From a plasmid, in the sequence record CP132320.1: a stretch of 53,555 nt of DNA. The stretch is one strand, 5' to 3'. The translations under genes were made by a program, and so were the position numbers. This document shows positions 39,708 to 48,566 of the stretch, in pieces. The notes beneath the pieces are model-generated. The model was not told where the DNA came from and ran no database searches. It saw only the letters and a list, made by a program, of their open reading frames with translations. The stretch's first letter is position 1. Every line of letters starts with the position of its first letter.

Positions 39708-39715
39708 GCTTTGGC

Positions 39716-39985
39716 AGGCACCCTTGGTTCTTCATCAGCCTGCTCAACAGGCGCTTGGCCGCTTTGGTTTTGCGGCGCGTCTGGACGATCTCGTCGAGAA
39801 CGTAGCCGTCTTGATCAACGTCACGCCAGAGCCAGTGCTTCCGCCCACCGATCGTCACAACCACCTCGTCGAGATGCCACACCGGAAGTAGAGCAAGCCA
39901 GCATGGGCGATCACAGATGGCGGGAAGCGATGGCGTTCGTAGCTCACAGGGTTCAGTTTTATCACCCCAACATAGCCGCAGAACC
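39716..39985 (-). pseudogene. IS6-family (IS26-like) transposase remnant with its terminal inverted repeat
   Basis: Minus-strand WHLDEVVVTIGGRKHWLWRDVDQDGYVLDEIVQTRRKTKAAKRLL parallels IS26 WHMDETYVKVNGRWAYLYRAVDSRGRTVDFYLSSRRNSKAAYRFL. An IS6-type terminal repeat GGTTCTGCGGCTATGTTGGGGTGATAAAAC lies at 39985-39956 (reverse-complement). It is internally deleted. Confidence 0.55.
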
Positions 39986-40010
39986 TAACCTGGTTTAACC
40001 TGACATCACC
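39961..40010. repeat. inverted-repeat partner 1 (IS6-type terminal repeat plus 19-bp flank); mate of 48510-48561
   Basis: The reverse-complement reads GGTGATGTCAGGTTAAACCAGGTTAGGTTCTGCGGCTATGTTGGGGTGAT. Confidence 0.7.
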
Positions 40011-40095
40011 CTAAGACGCTGCAGCTTGAACTAGATACTTGACTTGAACATCCTGCATTGCAATGGGTTTACTGTTGCTTCACCTAGGATACCAC

Positions 40096-42840
40096 ATGCT
40101 CAACGATACCGCCATCATCCACCACCTGGACATCCCTCTTCCATACGAGCTGCACGTTGGTCGCGGTCAGTTCTTGCACCTGCGTGGATGGGCGTTTTCT
40201 CCTGCCTTTGCGACACAGTGGGCGCACCTAGATGTGGGCGGGGAGCCCGTGCTTCTGGGAATGCACTCTATGCCACGGCGCGATGTTATCAGACAGATGT
40301 ATCCTGACCACGATAAGAATGGTTATTCCCTAAATTCCGGCTTCTGGTGCACTACGCCTGTCGCCGAGCATTGGATAGGCCAAAGCCTGCCCGTCTCTCT
40401 TGTTTTAGGTGGCGGGGGCAAAGTCGCGAAGGTAGAGCTAGGGACGGTAGAATTTAACAAGAACTTCAAAGATGTCCCCCTTCCCTATAAGTGGCTTGGC
40501 AACGGCCCAAAAGTTGCAATCTGTATGGCGGCGTACAGACCAAATTCAAGAATGTTTCGCCGGCAGCTCGATAGCATTAGGGGGCAAAGCTTCACGAACT
40601 GGATGTGTGTCATCACTGATGATAGTGCTTCAGCGCAGCATTCTGAAGAAATAGAGCGAATAGTTGGAGACGATACGAGGTTCATTGTCATAAAGAACGA
40701 GGCCAATCTAGGCTTCTATCATAACTTTGAAAAAGCTATTGGGTTAGCTCCGCCTGATGCTGATTTTATTGCATTGAGCGACCAGGATGATCGTTGGGAC
40801 ATGGACAAACTTGAGGCGTTAGTCAGTGCATTTAAACATGAGACTAGTTTAGTTTATTCCGACTGCCGCTTAACCGACGAAGCTGGAAACATTCTCTCAC
40901 CAACCTATTGGTCAACGCGGCGAAACAACTATGATAACCTTTCCACCTTAGCAATTGCTAACACGGTGACTGGCGCCGCAAGCATGTTCAGAGCGGCGAT
41001 TCGGCCCAAAATCCTTCCTTTTCCTCAGCGCGAGGGCGACGCTTATCACGATCACTGGATTGCCTTAGTCGCAAGAGCTAATGGGCCTATTAGGTATATC
41101 GAGCGCCCCCTGTATGACTACGTCCAGCACGAGAACAACGTGATTGGCCATAGTGGAAATCAGCGCTATCCGGGGATAACTAGCTTCGCCCGGCAAGTTG
41201 CTCGACATGCTAATCAGCCCACGAGAATGCTTTCCACCGCGAGCGAGGTACTTAGCGTCGCAATTACTCAATACCAGTTTCTGTTGAGGGTGTCGCTGAT
41301 GGCGCGCACCATACTTTATCGACAAGATCGGTTCTACTTGAAGCAAGACCGACGGACGTTTGTCAAGCTCGCCAGATACTCTGATAGCAAATGGGTTCCT
41401 CTGGCCGAGAAGACTTTGTCTATGATTCAGCGCCGCCCGTCTCTCAACCTCGAAGGTCACTTTCTTTATTCTGCTTGGGGAGCGCGTGCGGCGAGACTTT
41501 ACTATCGCTTGCGCGGTGTGAAACGCTATAGAACGGCACTCGATCATCCCGCCTCCGCCCTGCCACCAACACCCCTGGAATCATCTTCCGCTACATCCCA
41601 ATCTCATCCTGCCGTCGATGGGATTTTGCATGCAATCGCTCCTCTTACTCCAGATCTTGATACAACCGAGCCACAGCGGTTGAACCTTCTGATGGCCCGG
41701 ATTGACTTCAGATATGTCTACGGCGGCTACATAGGCATGTTCAACCTTGCAGCCCGTCTCGCGAAGGCAGGGAGGAGGGTGCGGATTGTTCTGCTTGAGG
41801 AGGGGGATTATGACCTCGCGCAGTGGCGGACGCAAATCGCCAAGTATCCCGGGCTGGAAGACCTGTTTGACCGGGTCGAGGTCGTTTATCGCTTCCACCG
41901 AGACAAACCGCTTCCAATGAACCCGCAAGATGGTTTTATCGCCACCAATGGTTGGAGCGCGCACGTAGCCCATTCAACTCTCAAGCGCCTGAACCGCGAA
42001 GGCTTCGTCTTTATGGCGCAGGAGTTCGAACCATTATTCTTGCCCTCAGGTACGATCCACGCGCTATTTCTCCAGAGTTACGACCTGCCTCAATTCACCT
42101 ATTTTTCCACGCCTCTCCTTCGCGATTATTTCCGTTCGAAGAGGCTTGGTATCTATCGAAATGGCGATACTCGCGCCGCGCAGGAGAACTGCGCCGTCTT
42201 CAAGAACGCAATCCTCCCATTCGATATGGATCTACAAAAAATCCGGGAGGCAGAAAAACGCATCGTGTTTTATGCTAGACCTGAGCAGCATGCGGCTCGG
42301 AACCTCTTTGAGTTGGGCTACATGGCGTTGCAGGCGCTTGTTGCCGCCTCCGATCTCAGAGGATGGTCGTTCCACGGCATTGGGCATCTCGGGGGGCAAA
42401 GTTCTTTGCCGCTTGGTGCTGGCGCGGAACTGAAAATGCTCCCGAAGACCGGCTTAGGCGAATACAAAGACATGCTAGTCAAGCACTCGGTTGGAATGTC
42501 GCTGATGCATTCTCCTCACCCAAGCCTCGTACCTCTGGAAATGGCGGCAGCCGGTCTGAGCACCGTCACAACAACCTACGAAAACAAAACAGAGGATGCG
42601 ATGCGGATGATCTCGTCAAATCTGATAGCTGTGCCGCCCACCGTGGACGGTCTTGTTTCCGGCCTCAAAGAGGCAATTGGCCGTATCGAACAACACGAAA
42701 GGCGGCTCGCGGGCACTCATGTTGATTGGCCTACCGATTGGCAACAAGCATTCAAAGAGAGCGATATCGCCATGTTACTTAGGTACCTGGATGAACGCGC
42801 TAAACCGTTCGCGCCTCATGGAGTTGTGGGAGCTGCATGA
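40096..42840 (+). CDS. large multi-domain glycosyltransferase (central GT2 domain plus additional N- and C-terminal domains)
   Basis: The ATG at 40096 is preceded by AGGA with 7-nt spacing. GT2 motifs include VAICMAAYRP...VITDDSASA...ALSDQDDRWD with a DxD. A ~400-aa C-terminal region resembles a second transferase-like domain. Visibly lower GC. Confidence 0.7.
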   Translation: MLNDTAIIHHLDIPLPYELHVGRGQFLHLRGWAFSPAFATQWAHLDVGGEPVLLGMHSMPRRDVIRQMYPDHDKNGYSLNSGFWCTTPVAEHWIGQSLPVSLVLGGGGKVAKVELGTVEFNKNFKDVPLPYKWLGNGPKVAICMAAYRPNSRMFRRQLDSIRGQSFTNWMCVITDDSASAQHSEEIERIVGDDTRFIVIKNEANLGFYHNFEKAIGLAPPDADFIALSDQDDRWDMDKLEALVSAFKHETSLVYSDCRLTDEAGNILSPTYWSTRRNNYDNLSTLAIANTVTGAASMFRAAIRPKILPFPQREGDAYHDHWIALVARANGPIRYIERPLYDYVQHENNVIGHSGNQRYPGITSFARQVARHANQPTRMLSTASEVLSVAITQYQFLLRVSLMARTILYRQDRFYLKQDRRTFVKLARYSDSKWVPLAEKTLSMIQRRPSLNLEGHFLYSAWGARAARLYYRLRGVKRYRTALDHPASALPPTPLESSSATSQSHPAVDGILHAIAPLTPDLDTTEPQRLNLLMARIDFRYVYGGYIGMFNLAARLAKAGRRVRIVLLEEGDYDLAQWRTQIAKYPGLEDLFDRVEVVYRFHRDKPLPMNPQDGFIATNGWSAHVAHSTLKRLNREGFVFMAQEFEPLFLPSGTIHALFLQSYDLPQFTYFSTPLLRDYFRSKRLGIYRNGDTRAAQENCAVFKNAILPFDMDLQKIREAEKRIVFYARPEQHAARNLFELGYMALQALVAASDLRGWSFHGIGHLGGQSSLPLGAGAELKMLPKTGLGEYKDMLVKHSVGMSLMHSPHPSLVPLEMAAAGLSTVTTTYENKTEDAMRMISSNLIAVPPTVDGLVSGLKEAIGRIEQHERRLAGTHVDWPTDWQQAFKESDIAMLLRYLDERAKPFAPHGVVGAA

Positions 42841-43272
42841 ACCCAAAATAAATTCTTGTAGCGAGAGGACTGAAGCGGATCATCAATAGCTACTTACCTC
42901 CTGATCCTTGAGAAGAGGACCGGACAGAGAAGTAGTGGGTGTGGCCGAAAGCCTCAAACTTGCTAAACAAGTGCCTAGACTCCTTCAGGCATATCATTAT
43001 TAAAATCTGCGCTTCATCCTAGTGGGGATGGGCATGATAATGCTGAACCGCGCCCTCTGTTCACGTTTCACTAGGTGACTAGCGACGTGAGCGTCCTTTA
43101 GATGTCGCAGGTTGCGCCGCTTGAGCTTCGACGAATCGGACCCGATACCATGGAAGTAGTTAATCCAGCCTGATCGTGGGCCTGGCGGCGCTTCGGGCAA
43201 AGACGTCGGCAAAGTAGGCCTGCCGATTGAAGTCTACGCTCGGCCCTCGGAGCATAACAAACTGGACCAAAG

Positions 43273-44214
43273 ATGATTTGCGATAAAGGCCTCACGAATT
43301 CTCCAGTGTCGGTTTTCGTACACGTTTATTATTTGGACATTTGGCGTGAAATATCGATGCAGATCGAGGCGCGTCTTGATGTTCCATTTCGTCTGATCAT
43401 AACCACACACCATGATGCCTCCTTGATTGATTTCCCAAGATCGCCTTATTTGACAGGGTGGGTGATCTACCCCGTCGGCAACAGGGGCCGCGACATTCTT
43501 CCATTTCTTAAGGCGCTTCATGACGAATACGGCACATTCGAAGTTGGGCTAAAGCTTCACACCAAGCGTTCCCCTCATCGTAGCGATGGCGACGTGTGGC
43601 GCCGCGCCATGATCGACTCTTTGGTACCTCAGGCCGGAGTAAGCTCGCTTGTAAGGTTGCTTTACGATCGACCAGAAGTGGGTCTCGTCGCACCCGAAGG
43701 ATTTTACGTGCCTATCCGTCAATGGATTGCAGGAAACAAGAAGGTAATAGCCACTGTCGCTAAAGCTACTGACCTAAGCGTTACGAAGGAAGAACTTCGC
43801 CAACGGTACTTCTCTGCTGGTTCAATGTTTTGGTTCCGATCCGCCGCTCTTAAGCAGGCGCTGCTGCCCTCACTTTTCTCAATGTTCGAGGATGAAGAGA
43901 GCCAACTTGATGCGACGGTCGCACATGCGCTGGAACGATTGTTCGCGTTGATAGTAGAGAAATCCGGATATGTGGCGGTGACTGCAGATCTTCTGTCAGT
44001 AGACCAAAAAGCCTCGCCGGATGCGACCTTGGCAGCAAGTGGGCGGTCTGGGGCCTGTCATCCTGTCCTTATGCAGCCTGACTACTTTTGGCTAAAGGCC
44101 AGTGGACTTCTGTTTATAGCCAAGCCAATCTTCCATTCACTCCCTCCGGTTTGGAGGGCCCGCCTTCGGTATTATTTTTCGCCGAAGCAAAGGCCCGGGA
44201 AACAGTCGAGGTAG
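43273..44214 (+). CDS. rhamnan-synthesis protein F (RgpF)-like glycosyltransferase
   Basis: The N-terminal VFVHVYYLDIW...RLIITTHHD pattern is characteristic of the RgpF family (H.YY.D...). 313 aa. Confidence 0.55.
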   Translation: MICDKGLTNSPVSVFVHVYYLDIWREISMQIEARLDVPFRLIITTHHDASLIDFPRSPYLTGWVIYPVGNRGRDILPFLKALHDEYGTFEVGLKLHTKRSPHRSDGDVWRRAMIDSLVPQAGVSSLVRLLYDRPEVGLVAPEGFYVPIRQWIAGNKKVIATVAKATDLSVTKEELRQRYFSAGSMFWFRSAALKQALLPSLFSMFEDEESQLDATVAHALERLFALIVEKSGYVAVTADLLSVDQKASPDATLAASGRSGACHPVLMQPDYFWLKASGLLFIAKPIFHSLPPVWRARLRYYFSPKQRPGKQSR

Positions 44215-44376
44215 TAGAAACCTCAGTTTGCTCTAAAGAAAAGTCTTGCGGCACTGCCTTGACCGGCTAACACCTAAATCAATTTTAGGAGCAGCTGAAA
44301 CAGGGGCACTTTTTATCTTCATGTCGCACGTGAAGAGATCTAAGAACAGCGGCTGAAACAGAAAATGGATTAACCT

Positions 44377-45186
44377 ATGTTGGAATATCTGCGAAGCTCA
44401 TGGGATCAGCGGGCACTCGTTTGGCGGCTTGCTCGACGTGAAATCGATTCTCGGTTTCGGGGGTCACTTCTTGGAGTTCTCTGGGCAGTCATCGTGCCGC
44501 TGGTCATGCTCTCTGTCTATTCCTTGGTGTTTGGGACTGTATTTCAGTCTCGCTGGCCCCGCCCCGACGACGCCACAATGCTCCATCAAGTTGACTTCCC
44601 GATGATTCTCTTCACGGGCCTCATTGTATTCGGTATTTTTTCTGACCCGATAAACCGCGCGCCGACGCTGATCCTAGAGAACGTTTCCTATGTCAAGAAA
44701 GTGGTGTTTTCGCTAGAGATCCTACCCGTGGTTGCGCTAATCAATGCGCTCTTCACGGCCTTGATATCATCGGGTGTCCTCTTGACAGTTTACCTAATTC
44801 TCTACGGCATACCGCCGATGACGGCTCTGTTGCTGCCCCTGGCTGTCGCGCCGTTGATCTTAATAACCTTGGGAATCTCGTACGTTCTCGCCTCCTTGTC
44901 AGTCTTCCTGCGTGACCTGAGGCACCTCACCGCTCCTTTGACGACAGCCGTGCTGTTTCTCTCGCCGGTATTTTATTCAATCAACGTCCTTCCGGAAGCG
45001 TGGCGTTGGACGCTGTATCTCAACCCTATAACACTCGCGGTCATTTACACCCGGGACTTACTGTTCTGGGGAAAGCTGCCCAGCCCAATGCAATGGGCGA
45101 CATATCTACTCGCTGCACTTGCTGTAGCTAGCGTTGGCTCATGGTGGTTCTCTCGCACGAAAAAGGCTTTTGCTGATGTCCTCTAA
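44377..45186 (+). CDS. wzm: ABC-2 type polysaccharide (O-antigen) export permease
   Basis: 269 aa with six predicted TM helices and an ABC-2 permease profile. It overlaps the start of the ATPase gene. Confidence 0.88.
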   Translation: MLEYLRSSWDQRALVWRLARREIDSRFRGSLLGVLWAVIVPLVMLSVYSLVFGTVFQSRWPRPDDATMLHQVDFPMILFTGLIVFGIFSDPINRAPTLILENVSYVKKVVFSLEILPVVALINALFTALISSGVLLTVYLILYGIPPMTALLLPLAVAPLILITLGISYVLASLSVFLRDLRHLTAPLTTAVLFLSPVFYSINVLPEAWRWTLYLNPITLAVIYTRDLLFWGKLPSPMQWATYLLAALAVASVGSWWFSRTKKAFADVL

Positions 45187-46513
45187 TATTGCACTGAAGG
45201 CCGCTGGCTTAGGCAAGGCTTTTCAGATTTACAGAAAGCCACAGGATCGACTTAAGCAGATGGTTTTCCGTTGGAATCGGTATTACGAGGAGTACTGGGC
45301 CGTACAGAATGTAGATCTTACCGTTCATCGGGGAGAGACCGTGGGTATTGTCGGCCGCAACGGCTCGGGGAAGTCCACACTTCTCCAGTTAATAGCGGGG
45401 ACTTTACAACCGAGCGTGGGGACACTCTCGGTGTATGGCCGAGTCGCCCCCCTTCTGGAACTCGGCGCAGGATTCAACCCCGAGTTCACCGGCCGTGAGA
45501 ACGTCAAGCTAGCCGGAACTATCATGGGCGTTGCTCCGGATTATATCAATAAACGCTTTGACGAAATTCTTGATTTTGCAGGCATAGGTGAATTTATTGA
45601 GCAGCCTGTTAAGACTTACTCTTCCGGGATGTACGCCCGCCTTGCCTTTGCGGTTGCGGCCCATGTTGAGCCAGATATTCTCATCGTCGACGAAACCCTT
45701 TCTGTGGGCGACGCCGCTTTCGGCCAGAAATGCATGCGGTACATCAGGCAATTTAAGAAAGATGGGACGTTGCTGTTTGTCTCTCATGACACCGCGGCGG
45801 TGACGGCATTATGCGATCGGGTGCTATGGCTGGACAATGGTATGATACGCGCCGAGGGTGCAACCAAGGACGTAACGTTCGCCTACCACGCTGCCTTACG
45901 CGAAGAGATCGATGGTGGGGGCTTTTCAGTCGCGGGACGGAGACGACATCATCCCGTCCAACCAAGCCGCGACCTCAGGCACGAAAAGATCCGGAAGTCG
46001 GATAAACGCAACGTAATTGAGGTATTCGAGTTTGACCCTGACGCACCATCATTTGGCAAGAAGGGGGGGACCATCGACTATGTCAGAATTAAAACCGCCG
46101 GCGGTGGTCATCTCGCGGAACCAGAGGGCGGTGAGAGCGTAACGGTAGAAATAGTCTGCACGGCACAGGCGGAGCTAACTAACCCCATCATTGGTTTCTT
46201 ATTAAGAGACAAGCTCGCCCAAAACATCTTCGGAGATAATACCTACTTGAGCTATGCCGAGGATCATGTCTCTGTTGCCGCAGGTCAACAGTTCAAAGCC
46301 TCATTTACTTTTCAGATGCCGTATCTTCCACCGGGCGACTACAGCATCGCCGCTGCACTTGCAGAGGGCAGTCAGACGGACCACGTGCAACATCATTGGA
46401 TTGATGAGGCGTTGATTTTTCGGATAGCTGCAGGCCACGTCACCCATGGCGTGTTGGGTATACCAATGAACGAAATAACGCTTGAAGTACTTACGAAGGA
46501 GGACATGGAATGA
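45176..46513 (+). CDS. wzt: polysaccharide export ABC ATP-binding protein with a C-terminal carbohydrate-binding extension
   Basis: Walker A GRNGSGKST, signature YSSGMYARLAF and Walker B ILIVDE. A ~200-aa C-terminal extension beyond the ATP-binding domain is as seen in Wzt proteins that recognise a modified O-polysaccharide terminus. Confidence 0.88.
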   Translation: MSSNIALKAAGLGKAFQIYRKPQDRLKQMVFRWNRYYEEYWAVQNVDLTVHRGETVGIVGRNGSGKSTLLQLIAGTLQPSVGTLSVYGRVAPLLELGAGFNPEFTGRENVKLAGTIMGVAPDYINKRFDEILDFAGIGEFIEQPVKTYSSGMYARLAFAVAAHVEPDILIVDETLSVGDAAFGQKCMRYIRQFKKDGTLLFVSHDTAAVTALCDRVLWLDNGMIRAEGATKDVTFAYHAALREEIDGGGFSVAGRRRHHPVQPSRDLRHEKIRKSDKRNVIEVFEFDPDAPSFGKKGGTIDYVRIKTAGGGHLAEPEGGESVTVEIVCTAQAELTNPIIGFLLRDKLAQNIFGDNTYLSYAEDHVSVAAGQQFKASFTFQMPYLPPGDYSIAAALAEGSQTDHVQHHWIDEALIFRIAAGHVTHGVLGIPMNEITLEVLTKEDME

Positions 46514-47196
46514 GCATTCGCTGTTCAGTGTGCGGCGGTGAAGAGTTCGGCGTAACGCCGGTCCTTTGGCCTAAGCTTATCGGCGAGTGGCAACTTTCTC
46601 CGTCTGAAGCCGACTACATCGATCGCCAACAAGGCGAATGCTGCACGAACTGTGGCGCAAATTTGCGATCGATAGCACTTTCTGACGCTCTCCTTTCCTG
46701 TTACCAAGAGCACGGCACGTTGATCCAAGCAGTGCAATCCGGTTCGCTAGCATCGAAAAAGGTTCTTGAGATCAACGAGGCAGGTACCCTTCACAAGGTA
46801 CTCGAGGACCTACCTAATTTGACATTTGGACAGTATCCTGATGTCGATATGCACGCTTTACCGTATCCAGATGAGAGTTTCGATCTGGTGATGCACTCGG
46901 ATACCCTTGAGCATGTTGAAAACCCGATCCACGCATTGCGCGAATGTGCGCGGGTGCTTAAGGAGGACGGCTTCTTATGCTTTACGGTGCCAATCATCGT
47001 GGAACGCTTATCCCGGAGTCGGGCTGGTCTCCCGAAGAGCTACCATGGAAACCCAGCGCAATCTGGCGATGACTATTTGGTGCATACCGAATTTGGGGCT
47101 GACGCATGGGTTCTTCCATTGCGCGCGGGCTTTCGGAAGGTTGCGCTCAATGCGATCGACTTCCCTGCCGCTCTAGCGTTGGTCGCAGCGAAGTGA
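46510..47196 (+). CDS. class I SAM-dependent methyltransferase with an N-terminal CxxC...CxxC zinc-ribbon
   Basis: CSVCGG...CTNCGAN zinc ribbon. Methyltransf_11-like core (VLEINEAG...FDLVMHSDTLEHVENP). ATGA-coupled to wzt. Confidence 0.75.
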   Translation: MSIRCSVCGGEEFGVTPVLWPKLIGEWQLSPSEADYIDRQQGECCTNCGANLRSIALSDALLSCYQEHGTLIQAVQSGSLASKKVLEINEAGTLHKVLEDLPNLTFGQYPDVDMHALPYPDESFDLVMHSDTLEHVENPIHALRECARVLKEDGFLCFTVPIIVERLSRSRAGLPKSYHGNPAQSGDDYLVHTEFGADAWVLPLRAGFRKVALNAIDFPAALALVAAK

Positions 47197-47216
47197 ATAA
47201 TCTTAAGGACAATGAG

Positions 47217-48380
47217 ATGCCCAAATTAGCCACAGACGGTTCAACCCCGAGTGGAACGCCAGAGCTGCTGTATACGGGAGAGCGTTTTCACCCCGACAAA
47301 CTTGGGGAGATCCGACAAGAGCATATGCACCGATACGCATGGATTTCGCATCTTGTGCGAGATAAAGACGTGTTAGATGCTGCCTCCGGAGAGGGTTTCG
47401 GTTCCAATATCCTCGCTGCGACTGCGAGATCTGTCATCGGAGTCGATCTAGCTCTCCAAGCAGTTGATCATGCGCAGAAGCAGTATGCGCTTACAAAAAA
47501 CCTGGAGTTCAAGTGCGGCGACACACGTTGCCTTCCTTTGCCGGATAATTGTGTCGATGTTGTAGTCTCCTTCGAGACCGTTGAGCATGTCGATGAGCAG
47601 AACCGAATGATTTCTGAATTCCGTCGAGTACTGCGTCCGGATGGTGTTTTGGTGATTTCCTCACCCAATCGGGAGGTTTACTCTGACAAGCAGGAGCATC
47701 ACAACGAGTTTCACGTGAGGGAACTCGATCGTTCTCAGTTCTCAGACCTGCTGAGCACACAGTTCGGCGCTGTGGAGATGTTCGCCCAGCGCCTTTGCGT
47801 ATCATCGAGCATTTTGCCAGAGCGGTCTGTCCCTTTTGCCAAAGCGGACGTATTTCTCGACGATGGCGAACTAAAGGAAGTCGCGACGGCTTTGCCTTCC
47901 ACGATGTATTATATCGCCCTAGCCGCAGCTTCAGAGGATCTGCTACCGACGGCAAATAGCTCGTTTATGGTAAGTTCCCACTATGACGTCTACTGGAACA
48001 TGAGAGAGGAGCTGGCTGACCAAAAAAGATCCTTGGGAAGAATGAAAGCTCAACAAACTCATCTTGGTAACCTTTTCCAGAAATTATCGCAGCAAGCAGG
48101 CGATGTCGCTACATTGTTATCTAGTGAGGTTTTCGATCCTCCAGGATATGCGAAGCGAGCTAATCTTTCTGACCATGACCCTGAGATGAGTGCCCGACAT
48201 TACCTGAGTACAGGTGAGCGGGATGGGATCCCACCAAGTGACCGTTTTGATCCCGTTTTCTATCGTTCAAGGTATAGTGATCTTGCTGATCTTCCAACCA
48301 GTCTACTGGTCCATTACCTCCGCGCAGGCCAATTTGAGGGGAGGCTGCCAGTCGCCCCAGGCGAGAAAGGAGACGATTAA
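47217..48380 (+). CDS. class I SAM-dependent methyltransferase with a C-terminal coiled-coil extension
   Basis: The ATG at 47217 is preceded by AAGGA. The methyltransferase core is VLDAASGEGFGSNIL...VDVVVSFETVEHVDEQ. A C-terminal ~150 aa region contains a predicted coiled-coil (NMREELADQKRSLGRMKAQQTHLGNLFQKLSQQAGDVATLL). Confidence 0.7.
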   Translation: MPKLATDGSTPSGTPELLYTGERFHPDKLGEIRQEHMHRYAWISHLVRDKDVLDAASGEGFGSNILAATARSVIGVDLALQAVDHAQKQYALTKNLEFKCGDTRCLPLPDNCVDVVVSFETVEHVDEQNRMISEFRRVLRPDGVLVISSPNREVYSDKQEHHNEFHVRELDRSQFSDLLSTQFGAVEMFAQRLCVSSSILPERSVPFAKADVFLDDGELKEVATALPSTMYYIALAAASEDLLPTANSSFMVSSHYDVYWNMREELADQKRSLGRMKAQQTHLGNLFQKLSQQAGDVATLLSSEVFDPPGYAKRANLSDHDPEMSARHYLSTGERDGIPPSDRFDPVFYRSRYSDLADLPTSLLVHYLRAGQFEGRLPVAPGEKGDD

Positions 48381-48509
48381 ACATACCCTTCACCTTCGCA
48401 GTTCTTCGTACCCACCTCGAATCGTGGTTCAAGATGCTTCCTTGATCAACTGCTTCCAGTGGTCAGCGTGAAGCTTATCTTAGAGCAACTGCCCAAGAGC
48501 AGTTCCTTT

Positions 48510-48561
48510 GGTGATGCCAGGTTAAACCAGGGGTAAGTTCTGCGGCTATGTTGGGGTGATG
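48510..48561. repeat. inverted-repeat partner 2 (IS6-type terminal repeat plus 19-bp flank); mate of 39961-40010
   Basis: GGTGATGCCAGGTTAAACCAGGGGTAAGTTCTGCGGCTATGTTGGGGTGAT matches about 45 of 50 positions of the mate. It is cut at 48566/48567 by an IS66-family end. Confidence 0.7.
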
Positions 48562-48566
48562 AGCCG

